The notes below the pieces were generated by a model. That model was given only the letters and a program-made list of their open reading frames with translations. It was not told the origin of the DNA and did not search any database. The position numbers were made by a program, and so were the translations under genes. Below are positions 22,001 to 30,906 of a stretch of 64,000 nucleotides of DNA, in pieces (the first letter of the stretch is position 1; the number at the start of each line of letters is the position of its first letter). The stretch is from Bacteroidales bacterium. Lineage in GTDB: Bacteria > Bacteroidota > Bacteroidia > Bacteroidales > UBA3663. The stretch covers positions 10,364 through 74,363 of the forward strand of contig JAZQPJ010000097.1 of assembly GCA_045628525.1 (NCBI GenBank), given 5' to 3'.

Positions 22001-23117
22001 AGAGACCGCCATTGTCGGTAGCAACCCAGATCGTGCCGTCGTGAAGACGGAGCAACGAGGTAACGCAACGGTCACCGATGCAGTTGTACCGTACCGACTT
22101 TGGGCCGAAATAACGGAACTGGATCGGATTGCGCGCCATGGCAAAAACGCCTTTCTGGTAGAGCGCCATCCACACCTCGCCACTCTTCGAGATGGAGATG
22201 GAGTGAACCTTCTGGGTGGCTGCATCGATGCGGGAGTCGTCGAAAAGGAACGAGGTAATCTGGTTGGTCTGGCAGTCGAGCACCTTGGTACCCTCGCCAT
22301 CGGTACCGATATACATCTGGTGTGTGCCGGGCACAGGGCAGAAAGAACGGACGGGGAAATTCTGCCCGGAAGAGGTGATCAGGTCGAAACGGCCACTCTC
22401 CTTATTATATTTATATACACCACTGCCGTTGCCGCCGGCAAACAGATGGCCGTCGGCATCGCAACCGATGGTTGAGAAGATGAGACGCTGCCCGTCGGGA
22501 CGATAGGACATGAGGGTGCCGTCTTTGTCAAGAAGGTAAAGATCCTCATTGGCCTTGACAACCCAGATGTTTTCATCGCCATCCTGCGCCACGCGGTAGG
22601 TTAGCGACACATTGTTCTGCGTAAAGGGATTGGCAATGGCTGTGAACTCATCGGTCTTCTCATTATAATGCACCGAAAATGTGGTATTGCCCGTGATGAA
22701 GAAATCGCCATTCTTCAAGAGTGCAATATCGCTGATGTTGCCTTCATTGATACCAGATCCAGGGTTAAGTAACAGAGGGGTGAAGTCATCGGTTGCCGGT
22801 CGATATACCTGCACGCCCGAAAGCGAGCCGACAAGCAAGTGGCCCTTATCATCGGCACAGAGTGTACGCACAAAGTTATTGGCCACCGAATTCGGATTCT
22901 TCGGATCATTGCGATAGGTGGTGAATCGCGAACCATCGAAGCGGCACAAGCCATCCTCGGTAGCCACCCAGATCATCTCGTCCGGACCTTCAACCACGTC
23001 ATTAATCAAGCTGTTGGGCAACTCACTATCAGAGGTAAACAGACGATTGAACTGAGCAAAAGCCTGCTGCAATGACAGGCAGGCCAATAATAGAATGATG
23101 TATATCGTACGTTGCAT
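19032..23117 (-). CDS. Hybrid two-component system sensor kinase/response regulator with AraC-type HTH (HTCS)
   Basis: Start taken at MQRTIYIILLLACLSLQQAFAQ (ATG 23117); the longer track ORF overlaps dnaX. Contains periplasmic propeller-type repeats, H-box NISHEFRTPMTLI, ATPase boxes DTGIGIP and GTGIGL, receiver LVLSDVMMPGMDG, and a C-terminal AraC HTH ending FKELYGVSPTQY. Confidence 0.93.
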   Translation of the reverse strand: MQRTIYIILLLACLSLQQAFAQFNRLFTSDSELPNSLINDVVEGPDEMIWVATEDGLCRFDGSRFTTYRNDPKNPNSVANNFVRTLCADDKGHLLVGSLSGVQVYRPATDDFTPLLLNPGSGINEGNISDIALLKNGDFFITGNTTFSVHYNEKTDEFTAIANPFTQNNVSLTYRVAQDGDENIWVVKANEDLYLLDKDGTLMSYRPDGQRLIFSTIGCDADGHLFAGGNGSGVYKYNKESGRFDLITSSGQNFPVRSFCPVPGTHQMYIGTDGEGTKVLDCQTNQITSFLFDDSRIDAATQKVHSISISKSGEVWMALYQKGVFAMARNPIQFRYFGPKSVRYNCIGDRCVTSLLRLHDGTIWVATDNGGLYGINEQGQQLQHFPVTGQPGSVPLSFMNIFEDSRQRVWFGSYSQGCGIVDLKTGKCRYMPIAGVDGSSANVYSFVEDRQGNIWAATMGLGLVRFNESAQEFRQVLLGNNASLWSCDLDYDAEEEKLYVGSYNGLSIISLKGDSIGVEQTFPEFIVYSITRFSSNKLSLCTNQGLIIYDCTSRTHRRFTTDDGLSNNNLYAALDDNEGNLWMSSNSGLSKLNIAQEQITNYTIRDGLQGNEFYKNAAMRDVDGTLWFGGTNGITWFKPLSIYQQIPQHSVRIVSFRTDLTYFHPEADGSYQLPDENHSFTVELATCPIMLTGRVVYRYSMDGDRWQTLPPGLNRVAFSHMTSGTHSFRFQSFYDGAESEVQTVFIHIAYPWYRSWWATLIWVGIIGLLVWLSLQLALRRIQMRRRMREHHQHEAINEAKLQFFMNISHEFRTPMTLILTPLQKLMSSDTDPQRQHTYKLIERNANRILNLINELMDLRKIDAEQMKIVCRQVDISTHVSDLASTVSDMAEVRRIQLTVTDSLPVGTRMMLDTACFEKILINLLSNALKFTPEGGSINVSLVKDAPNSHFPEGSVRISVTDTGIGIPEKERLHIFERFYQVRNDISNSMGTGIGLNLVHSLVLLHHGTIRMIENPAGRGSSFIINLPLGTRVFAKEELQSETASEQPIMIGHSAAATVALHSLPEAISEQEAPQAPASRKQIAVVEDEDEIRQYLISELSPYYRVTGFPDGQPAFDAIMQGNFDLVLSDVMMPGMDGEELCRKIRGNVRLNHIPVVLLTARASDEDRLTSLEIGANAFIAKPFNIELLKKTLQNLLQTQDRLRNTFSGQQVPADQIATPELKSPDERLLERVVKVINDNLNNPDLTSEMIAKEVGLSRVHLYRKLKELTNQSARNYFRNIRLTKAAELLSQKKMAVAEVAYQVGFANPNNFATAFKELYGVSPTQYMDGHRSKPQVPVPAADGASDTDAAAGSSNEEDADE

Positions 23118-23133
23118 AATGCTGTAAATGGTA

Positions 23134-24939
23134 TCAAGCAAGTTCAAGACCAAAGGTTTCGACCAATGCGGATATGGTGTCAGGGTGGGCATTGCGGATC
23201 GCTTCCATCTTCTCGCGTGGCGTGAAGGCTCGATGCACACCCTCCACCTCATGCACATCGATCTGGAGGTTCAGGTGCGAGTTATGGAGCGACTGGCGCA
23301 AATAATCCATCACCCGTTCCTGATGCTCCTGTATGCGCAGTTTCTGTTCGTCACTGCCTACGACGAGCATGATTCGGGTGCCATCGGCCAATGACAACTG
23401 GCTATTGCTCATGGCTGTGACCAGGAGCTTCTCGGTGGGGTTCTGCTGTATGAAGGTGTTCCATGTGCGCCGAAGCGCCGAGTCGTCCACCGGCTCATTC
23501 TGCTCCGCCACCTGCTGAGGAGCTGCAGCGGTGGCTGGTGTGTTGCCAAGCGAGACGCCACGGAGCGATGCCATCATGGTGCGGCCGGGCATGACGCCAC
23601 GCTGCATCAAGGGGCGCTGCCCTTGTGGCTGCGGCATAGGTTGCTGCTGCGGGTATGCCTGGGTTGCCTGTGGCATGGGCTGAGCAGGACGTGCCGCTGC
23701 GGGTTGCATTGCCGGACGCTGCTGCATCTGCTGAGGGGCGGCTTGCTGCATGGGACGTGCCTGCTGTGGTGCTGGCTGCACTGCCTGCGGCTGACCATTG
23801 ACAGGCTGCATCTGCGCACGCTGCGGCTGTTGCGGCTGCTGCACAGGATTCATGAGCTGGCAGATGCGGATGATGGCGATTTCGACCGACAGGCGCTTGT
23901 TGCGCGAGTTGCGGTAGTTGAAGTCGCAGTCATTGGCAATCATCACTGCATTGTAGAGGAAATATGGCTTGCTCTGCGCTGCCTGCTGCTGGTAGCGCTG
24001 TGCCACCTCGGGCCCTGCCTCGATGAGCTGCACGGTGGCTGGATCCTGGCTTACCATCAGGTCGCGCAGATGGCTGGCCCATCCGCCAATGAAGTACTGC
24101 GGATCGAAGCCGCGGCGAATCACCTGGTCGAGCATCATCAATGCAGCCGGTACATTGCCCTGCAGTGCGGCATCGGTCAGGCGGAAGAAGAGCTCGTAAT
24201 CCAGGATGTTCAGGTTGTCGATGGTCTGCTGATAGGTGACGTGTCCGCCAGTGAACGAGGCAATCTGGTCGAACACCGAGAGGGCATCGCGCATGCCGCC
24301 ATCTGCCTTGCGGGCAATGACCTGCAAGGCCTGTGCCTCGGCCTGGATGCCCTCCTGGTCGGCAATGTAGCGCAGCTGGTCCACGATGTCCTGCAGCTGT
24401 ATGCGCTGGAAGTCGTAGGTCTGGCAGCGGCTCAGGATGGTGGGCAGGATCTTCTGCTTCTCGGTGGTACACATCACGAAGATGGCATGCTTCGGCGGCT
24501 CCTCCAGGGTCTTGAGGAAGGCGTTGAACGCCTGAGTCGAGAGCATGTGCACCTCGTCGATGATGAACACCTTGTACTTGCCGATCTGTGGCGGGATCTG
24601 CACCTGGTCGATCAGCTCGCGAATGTTATCGACCGAGTTGTTCGAGGCGGCATCGAGCTCATACACGTTGTACGAGCGCTGCTCACCCATCGAACGGCAG
24701 CTCTCGCACTCGTTGCAAGCCTCGCCCTCTGCGGTACGATGCTCGCAGTTGATGGTCTTGGCAAAGATTCGGGCACAGGTGGTCTTGCCCACGCCACGGG
24801 GGCCGCAGAAGAGGTAGGCATGAGCCAGTTTGCCGCTCGCGATAGCATTCTTGAGCGTCTGTACCAATGCCTTCTGACCCACTACCGTGTTGAAGGTAGC
24901 AGGACGATATTTACGTGCCGAAACGATATAGTCTGCCAT
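23134..24939 (-). CDS. dnaX: DNA polymerase III subunit gamma/tau
   Basis: Start at MADYIVSARKYRPATF (ATG 24939). Walker A GPRGVGKTT, zinc module CNECESC, DEVHMLS box, and a long Q/P-rich linker. Confidence 0.93.
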   Translation of the reverse strand: MADYIVSARKYRPATFNTVVGQKALVQTLKNAIASGKLAHAYLFCGPRGVGKTTCARIFAKTINCEHRTAEGEACNECESCRSMGEQRSYNVYELDAASNNSVDNIRELIDQVQIPPQIGKYKVFIIDEVHMLSTQAFNAFLKTLEEPPKHAIFVMCTTEKQKILPTILSRCQTYDFQRIQLQDIVDQLRYIADQEGIQAEAQALQVIARKADGGMRDALSVFDQIASFTGGHVTYQQTIDNLNILDYELFFRLTDAALQGNVPAALMMLDQVIRRGFDPQYFIGGWASHLRDLMVSQDPATVQLIEAGPEVAQRYQQQAAQSKPYFLYNAVMIANDCDFNYRNSRNKRLSVEIAIIRICQLMNPVQQPQQPQRAQMQPVNGQPQAVQPAPQQARPMQQAAPQQMQQRPAMQPAAARPAQPMPQATQAYPQQQPMPQPQGQRPLMQRGVMPGRTMMASLRGVSLGNTPATAAAPQQVAEQNEPVDDSALRRTWNTFIQQNPTEKLLVTAMSNSQLSLADGTRIMLVVGSDEQKLRIQEHQERVMDYLRQSLHNSHLNLQIDVHEVEGVHRAFTPREKMEAIRNAHPDTISALVETFGLELA

Positions 24940-24993
24940 AGGTCTTGCGTGTATTTTTAGATTGTTCGTCGTTCGTACGCGACTTTTTCGGTG

Positions 24994-25001
24994 CAAATAT
25001 A
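24994..25001 (-). promoter_or_regulatory. -7 promoter box TATATTTG for dnaX
   Basis: The complement of caaatata is a perfect TAnnTTTG, about 55 nt upstream of ATG 24939. Confidence 0.5.
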
Positions 25002-25127
25002 CTATTTTTTTCGATATCTTGGTCATATTGGGGCTTTTTTTTTGCTCTTCGGTGCATTTATCGCCTGTTATGAGGCATAATAACGGCCGAAAAGCCACTA
25101 TGCAATCCGTTTGCAAGTAATTCCGCT

Positions 25128-25135
25128 TACCTTTG
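25128..25135 (+). promoter_or_regulatory. -7 promoter box TACCTTTG for the metal-efflux operon
   Basis: Perfect TAnnTTTG, 35 nt upstream of ATG 25170. Confidence 0.5.
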
Positions 25136-25169
25136 CAGCGTTATTTCTCTTATTATATATATTATCTGT

Positions 25170-26336
25170 ATGAAAATCTTTCGCACCATACCCTTGCTCT
25201 TGACGCTGGCCGCCCTCTCCTTTGGCTGCAGCCACGACCACGACCATGACCATGAGCACGAACACGCCGGACTCACCGAGGCCGAGCACCACGAACATGC
25301 CGGCGAGATACACTTCGGTGCCGAACAGGCTGCTGCCGCACACCTGCAGCTCGAGACCATCGCCCCTGCCCCCTTCACCGGTGTGATCCGCGTGGGCGGC
25401 ATCATCCAGTCACCTCTTGGCGAAGAGCAGACAGTGGTGGCCACCGCCAGCGGCATCGTCTCGCTGGGCAGCAGTTCGCTCACCGAAGGCTCGGCTGTGC
25501 GCGCCGGACAGTCGCTTGCCACCATCTCAGCACGCAAATTGCAGGACGGCGATGCGGCCGACAAGGCCCGGCTTGCCTTCGAGGCCGTGCAGAGCGAGTA
25601 CCAGCGTGCCCAGGCATTGGTGCAGGAGCAGATCATCTCGCAGCGCGACTTCGAGGAGGTGCGCCTCCGCTACGAGACCGCCCGTGCCGCCTACGAGGGC
25701 CAATCCTCACACATGACCGCCCGCGGCGTCAGCATTTCAGCCTCGATCAACGGCTACATCAAGAGCCTCAACGTCATCCCGGGCGACTATGTCGAAGTGG
25801 GCACTCCGCTCTTCACCATCACTCAGAACCGCCACCTGCAGCTTCGTGCCGAAGTTCCTGAGAGCCAGTACCGACAGCTCCGTCAGGTGAATGGTGCCAA
25901 CTTCCGCGTGGCTTACGACGATGCCCTGTATCGCCTCTCCGACCTCCATGGCCGCCTGCTCTCCTATGGTTGCACTTCGGCCACCGATGGAGCCTCATCG
26001 GGCTATCTTCCCGTCACCTTTGAGTTCGACAACGTGGGCGATCTCGTTCCCGGCACCTTTGCCGACGTCTATCTGCTCACCCAGTCGCACCAGGACATCC
26101 TCTCTGTGCCATCGCACGCCCTCACCGAGGAGCAGGGCCTCCACTTTGTCTATGTGCAGGTGCCCGACGAGCCCGATGCCTTCCTGAAGCGCGAGGTTGC
26201 CATCGGCCAGGACAATGGCGAACGTACCGAGATCCTGCAGGGCCTCCAGCCAGGCGAGCTCGTCGTGGTCAACGGCGTTATTCAGGTCAAGCTGGCTGCC
26301 GTGGCTACGGTAGCGCCCGAGGGGCATCATCATTGA
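25170..26336 (+). CDS. Efflux RND periplasmic adaptor (CzcB/CusB type) lipoprotein with a His-rich N-terminus
   Basis: 388 aa. Lipobox LSFGC followed by SHDHDHDHEHEHAGLTEAEHHEHAGE. HlyD-like body. Lies directly upstream of an RND pump. Confidence 0.88.
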   Translation: MKIFRTIPLLLTLAALSFGCSHDHDHDHEHEHAGLTEAEHHEHAGEIHFGAEQAAAAHLQLETIAPAPFTGVIRVGGIIQSPLGEEQTVVATASGIVSLGSSSLTEGSAVRAGQSLATISARKLQDGDAADKARLAFEAVQSEYQRAQALVQEQIISQRDFEEVRLRYETARAAYEGQSSHMTARGVSISASINGYIKSLNVIPGDYVEVGTPLFTITQNRHLQLRAEVPESQYRQLRQVNGANFRVAYDDALYRLSDLHGRLLSYGCTSATDGASSGYLPVTFEFDNVGDLVPGTFADVYLLTQSHQDILSVPSHALTEEQGLHFVYVQVPDEPDAFLKREVAIGQDNGERTEILQGLQPGELVVVNGVIQVKLAAVATVAPEGHHH

Positions 26337-26384
26337 CAGTTAAGAGATTAGAGTTTAGAGATTAGAGATAAACAACGAGTTCCT

Positions 26385-29300
26385 ATGCTCAACCGCATCA
26401 TACGTTTTTCGCTCCAGAACCGCCTAGCCATCCTTGCCTTGTCGCTGCTGCTCCTCGTGGGCGGCATCTACACGGCTTCGCGCATGGAGGTGGATGTCTT
26501 CCCCGACCTCAACGCCCCCACTGTGGTGGTGATGACCGAGGCCAACGGCATGGCACCAGAAGAGGTGGAGCGCCTGGTCACCTTCCCCGTAGAAACGGCC
26601 GTCAATGGCGCCACCGATGTGCGTCGCGTCCGCTCCTCTTCCACTACAGGTTTCTCAATTGTCTGGGTTGAATTCAACTGGGGCACAGACATCTACCGAG
26701 CCCGGCAAGTCGTATCCGAAAAGCTCGCCGTGATCCGTGACGAACTGCCCGCCACCGTAGGCAATCCCACCCTTGGCCCCCAGTCCTCCATCCTGGGCGA
26801 ACTGATGTTCGTTGCCCTCACCGTCGATAGCATCGCACCCGTCCCTTCCACGGCCGGCCACACCTCCCTCCAGGACCTCCGCACCCTCGCTGACTGGCAG
26901 ATCCGCCCCCGTCTCCTGGCCACCGGCGGCGTGGCTCAGGTCTCAGTCCTCGGCGGCGAGATCAAGGAGTACCAGATCCTGCTCCATCCCGAGCGCATGC
27001 GCCACTACGGCATCACCCTCAGCGACATCTACGCAGCCGTCGATGACATGAACCGCAACCGCGCCGGCGGCATCCTCTATGAATACGGCAACGAGTACAT
27101 CATCCGCGGCGTCCTCTCCACCTCGCGTGTCGATGAACTCGCCCACTCCCTCATCAAGCAGGTCGATGGCCGGCCCATCTACCTCGATGCCGTGGCCGAC
27201 GTCTGCATCGGCGACAAGACCCCCAAGATGGGTGTTGCCTCCTACAACGGGCAGCCCTCGGTCGTGATGACCATCACCAAGCAGCCCAACATCAGCACCC
27301 TCGAACTCACCAAACAGCTCGACCAGGTACTTGCCGAGGTGCAGCAGACGCTCCCCGCCGACGTCCACCTCTCCACCGACGTCTATCGCCAGTCGCACTT
27401 CATCGAGACTTCGGTCAGCAACGTGGGCCATGCCCTGCTCGAAGGCGCCATCTTCGTCATCATCGTGCTCTTCATCTTCCTGATGAACGCGCGCACCACC
27501 CTCATCTCGCTCGTCACCATCCCGCTCTCGCTGCTGGCCTCCATCGTGGTGCTCCAGCTCCTCGGTCTCACCATCAACACCATGAGCCTCGGCGGCCTCT
27601 GCATCGCCATCGGTTCGCTGGTCGATGATGCCATCGTCGATGTCGAGAATGTCTATAAGCGACTGCGCGAGAACCGAGCCCTCCCCGCCGAGCGTCGCCG
27701 CCTTGTCCTACAGGTCATCTATGATGCTTCGCGCGAGGTGCGCATGCCTATCCTCAACTCCACCCTCATCATCGTGGCCAGCTTCCTGCCCCTCTTCTTC
27801 CTGTCGGGCATGGAGGGCCGCATGCTTGCCCCTCTGGGCATCGCCTTCATCGTGGCGCTCTGCTCCTCAACGCTCGTAGCGCTCACCCTCACCCCCGTCC
27901 TCTGCAGCTACCTGCTGGGCAAGGAGGGTGTCGCTCCCGTTCCCGACGCTTCCCCGTCGGGCACCGCTGCTGCTACCGCCCCCACCGAGCCTTACGTGGC
28001 CCGCCACCTCAAGCGACTCTACACCCGCGCCCTCCAATGGGCATTGGCACACCGCCCTGCCGTCCTCGGTTCCACCGCCGCAGCCTTGGTGCTTGCCATC
28101 GTGATCTTCTTCACCCTGGGCCGCAGCTTCCTGCCACCGTTCAACGAGGGCTCGTTCACCATCAACGTCAGCACCCTACCGGGCATCTCGCTCGAGGAGT
28201 CTGACCAGATAGGCCGCATGGCCGAGGAGGCACTCCTCGCCATCCCCGAGATCCAGGCCGTGGGCCGCAAGACCGGTCGTGCCGAACTCGACGAGCACGC
28301 CCTCGGCGTCAACACCTCTGAGATCGAAGCGCCATTCGTGTTGCAAGGCCGCAGCAAGGAGGCACTTATGGCCGATGTCCGCCAGCGCTTGAAGCTCATC
28401 CCTGGCGCCAACATCGAGGTTGGCTCGCCCATCTCGCACCGCATCGACGCCATGCTGTCGGGCACCCGCGCCAGCATCGCCATCAAGCTCTTTGGCACCG
28501 ACCTCAACCACATGTTCTCCCTCGGCAACGAGATTCGAGGAGCCATCGCCGACGTGCCCGGTATCGCCGACCTCAACGTGGAGCAGCAGGTGGAGCGTCC
28601 CCAGCTCCAGATCACGCCTCGTCGCGAGATGCTCGGCCGCTACGGCATCACCCTGCCCGAATTTGGCCGTCTGGTGAGCGTGCTGCTGGCTGGCGAGGCC
28701 GTGTCGCAAGTCTATGAGGGCAATCAGGCCTTCGACCTCACCCTCAAGGTCAGCGACCAGAGCCGCCTCACCATCGAGCAGCTCCGCACCCTCATGGTCG
28801 ATGCTGGCGGACAGCAGGTGCCGCTGGGCAACATCGCCCACATCACATCGAGCTCCGGCCCCAACACCATCAACCGCGAGAATGTGGCACGTAAGTTGGT
28901 CATCTCGGCCAATGTTGCCGACCGTGGCCTCCTGCAGGTAGTCAATGACATACGCGAGCGCATCGACAGCCGAATAGAGATGCCCGAGGGCTACCACGTG
29001 GAGTACGGCGGACAGTTTGAGAGTGAACAAGCAGCCTCGCGCACCCTGATGCTCACCTCGTTCTTTTCGCTGCTGGTCATCTTCCTGTTGCTCTACAACC
29101 AGTTCCACAGCACGGTGCAGGCATCGGTCATCCTGCTCAACCTGCCGCTTGCCCTCATCGGCGGCGTGGTGGCCATCTGGCTCACGGGCGGCGTCATCAG
29201 CATCCCAGCCACCATCGGCTTCATCTCGCTGTTCGGCATCGCCACGCGCAACGGCATGCTGCTCATCGCCCGCTACAACGACCTGCGCCAGTTCGGCCAT

Positions 29301-29534
29301 TCGCCCCTCGAATGCGTCATGATGGGCTCTGCTGACCGTCTCAACCCCATCCTCATGACCGCCCTCACCTCGGCCCTCGCCCTCATCCCCATGGTCCTGG
29401 GTGGCGACCAGCCGGGCAACGAGATCCAGAGCCCCATGGCCATCGTCATCCTGGGCGGCCTCTTCACATCCACGCTGCTCAATGGCTTCATCGTGCCGAT
29501 CATGTACCTTTATACTACCAAAAGTAATAAATAA
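26385..29534 (+). CDS. CusA/CzcA family heavy-metal efflux RND transporter
   Basis: 1049 aa. N-terminal MLNRIIRFSLQNRLAILALSLLLL, a 12-TM RND architecture, and the block GSLVDDAIVDVENV typical of the HME-RND family. Confidence 0.93.
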   Translation: MLNRIIRFSLQNRLAILALSLLLLVGGIYTASRMEVDVFPDLNAPTVVVMTEANGMAPEEVERLVTFPVETAVNGATDVRRVRSSSTTGFSIVWVEFNWGTDIYRARQVVSEKLAVIRDELPATVGNPTLGPQSSILGELMFVALTVDSIAPVPSTAGHTSLQDLRTLADWQIRPRLLATGGVAQVSVLGGEIKEYQILLHPERMRHYGITLSDIYAAVDDMNRNRAGGILYEYGNEYIIRGVLSTSRVDELAHSLIKQVDGRPIYLDAVADVCIGDKTPKMGVASYNGQPSVVMTITKQPNISTLELTKQLDQVLAEVQQTLPADVHLSTDVYRQSHFIETSVSNVGHALLEGAIFVIIVLFIFLMNARTTLISLVTIPLSLLASIVVLQLLGLTINTMSLGGLCIAIGSLVDDAIVDVENVYKRLRENRALPAERRRLVLQVIYDASREVRMPILNSTLIIVASFLPLFFLSGMEGRMLAPLGIAFIVALCSSTLVALTLTPVLCSYLLGKEGVAPVPDASPSGTAAATAPTEPYVARHLKRLYTRALQWALAHRPAVLGSTAAALVLAIVIFFTLGRSFLPPFNEGSFTINVSTLPGISLEESDQIGRMAEEALLAIPEIQAVGRKTGRAELDEHALGVNTSEIEAPFVLQGRSKEALMADVRQRLKLIPGANIEVGSPISHRIDAMLSGTRASIAIKLFGTDLNHMFSLGNEIRGAIADVPGIADLNVEQQVERPQLQITPRREMLGRYGITLPEFGRLVSVLLAGEAVSQVYEGNQAFDLTLKVSDQSRLTIEQLRTLMVDAGGQQVPLGNIAHITSSSGPNTINRENVARKLVISANVADRGLLQVVNDIRERIDSRIEMPEGYHVEYGGQFESEQAASRTLMLTSFFSLLVIFLLLYNQFHSTVQASVILLNLPLALIGGVVAIWLTGGVISIPATIGFISLFGIATRNGMLLIARYNDLRQFGHSPLECVMMGSADRLNPILMTALTSALALIPMVLGGDQPGNEIQSPMAIVILGGLFTSTLLNGFIVPIMYLYTTKSNK

Positions 29535-29552
29535 GGACTACCCTTCCAAAAT

Positions 29553-30764
29553 ATGAATCGCCTCCTCTCCCTCATAATCCTGCTGTGCGTGACACTCCCC
29601 ACATTCGCACAAAGCCTCGATGAGCTTATTGCCATCATCGAGCGCAACAACACCACGCTGCAAGCCCTGCGCAAGACCACCGATGCCGAACAGCTGGCCG
29701 CGCGTGCCGAACTGGGTCTCCCCGACCCCGAAGTGGGCTATAACTACCTGTGGGGCAATCCCTCAGAGATCGGCGTGCGTCACGACATCACCATCACGCA
29801 GACCTTCGATGCAGCCACCCTCGGCGGACAGAAACGACGTGTGGCCGACAGCCGCAGCCAAGCTCTCGAACAGCAGTATCGCGCTGAACGCATGAACATC
29901 CTGCTCGATGCCCGTCAGCACCTCGTGGACCTCATCTACAGCAACGCCATGCTCGCCCTGTGCGAACAGCGTCTGGCCGATGCCACCACCCTGCTCAACG
30001 CCCAGCAGCGCCGCCTCGACACCGGCGACGGCACCCTGCTCGACCTCAACAACGCCCGCCTCAACCAGGCCACCCTCCAGGCCCAGCACGAGCAGCTGCA
30101 GGCCGATCGCAACACCCTCCTTGCCCAGCTCCGGCAACTCAACGGCGGCCAGGATATTGCCCCCGTTCCGGACGCTTCTCCGTCAGGCACCCCTCTCTCC
30201 TCCCTCACCACCTTCCCCCTCACCCCCCTCCCCACCGACTTCGACACCTGGTATGCCGAAGCCGCCGCCCACAGCCCCTTCCTGGCCGAGGCCGCTGCCG
30301 ACGTCGAACTCAGCCGCCGCCTGCTGGCCCTGAGCCGTGCCGAGTGCCTGCCCGCCCTCACCGTGGGCTATATGAGCGAGAAGACCGCAGGCGAGCATTA
30401 CCAGGGCATCACCGCCGGCCTCAGCATCCCGCTGTGGAGCGGCAGTCGCAAGATCCGCCAGGCCAAGGCAGGCATCGCTGCTGCCGAAGCCCGCCAGCAG
30501 GATGTGTCACTGCAGCTACGCACCCAGCTCCAGACGCTCTACCTGCGCGCTCTTGCCCTGCAACGTTCCGCCATCAACTACCGCAATGCCGTGAATGAAT
30601 CCGACAACACCCCACTCCTCCATCGCGCCCTCGAAGCCGGACAGATCTCCTTGCCCGAATACCTGCAGCAACTCTCCCTTATCTACGATGCGCAGGATGT
30701 GGCTCTTGCTACCGAACGCGACTACCAACGAGCCCTCGCCGAACTCTCCGCCTACATTTATTGA
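29553..30764 (+). CDS. TolC-family outer-membrane efflux protein (CzcC/CusC type)
   Basis: 403 aa with a signal peptide. Two-repeat coiled-coil-rich OEP pattern. Last gene of the RND operon. Confidence 0.85.
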   Translation: MNRLLSLIILLCVTLPTFAQSLDELIAIIERNNTTLQALRKTTDAEQLAARAELGLPDPEVGYNYLWGNPSEIGVRHDITITQTFDAATLGGQKRRVADSRSQALEQQYRAERMNILLDARQHLVDLIYSNAMLALCEQRLADATTLLNAQQRRLDTGDGTLLDLNNARLNQATLQAQHEQLQADRNTLLAQLRQLNGGQDIAPVPDASPSGTPLSSLTTFPLTPLPTDFDTWYAEAAAHSPFLAEAAADVELSRRLLALSRAECLPALTVGYMSEKTAGEHYQGITAGLSIPLWSGSRKIRQAKAGIAAAEARQQDVSLQLRTQLQTLYLRALALQRSAINYRNAVNESDNTPLLHRALEAGQISLPEYLQQLSLIYDAQDVALATERDYQRALAELSAYIY

Positions 30765-30869
30765 TTCAAGACCTTGGCATTTGTTCTCCAACATCTTGCA
30801 AAGCATACTGATTTCTCACCTTTTTACCAAATAAAGACGTTTTGCAAAGTGTTTTCTAAAAAAAATACC

Positions 30870-30877
30870 TATATTTG
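30870..30877 (+). promoter_or_regulatory. -7 promoter box TATATTTG
   Basis: Perfect TAnnTTTG, 30 nt upstream of ATG 30907. Confidence 0.5.
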
Positions 30878-30906
30878 CACCCAGTTTGAGTGAAAATAAT
30901 AGGCCA

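Noticed and set aside
23134-24939. Programmed -1 frameshift site in dnaX, as in E. coli
   Set aside because: I saw no A-AAA-AAG-type heptamer and no run of six A/T anywhere in the gene when reading it by eye.
23623-24960. 445-aa + ORF opposite dnaX
   Set aside because: It is an antisense shadow of dnaX. Its Leu/His/Arg-rich repeats mirror the Q/P-rich dnaX linker.
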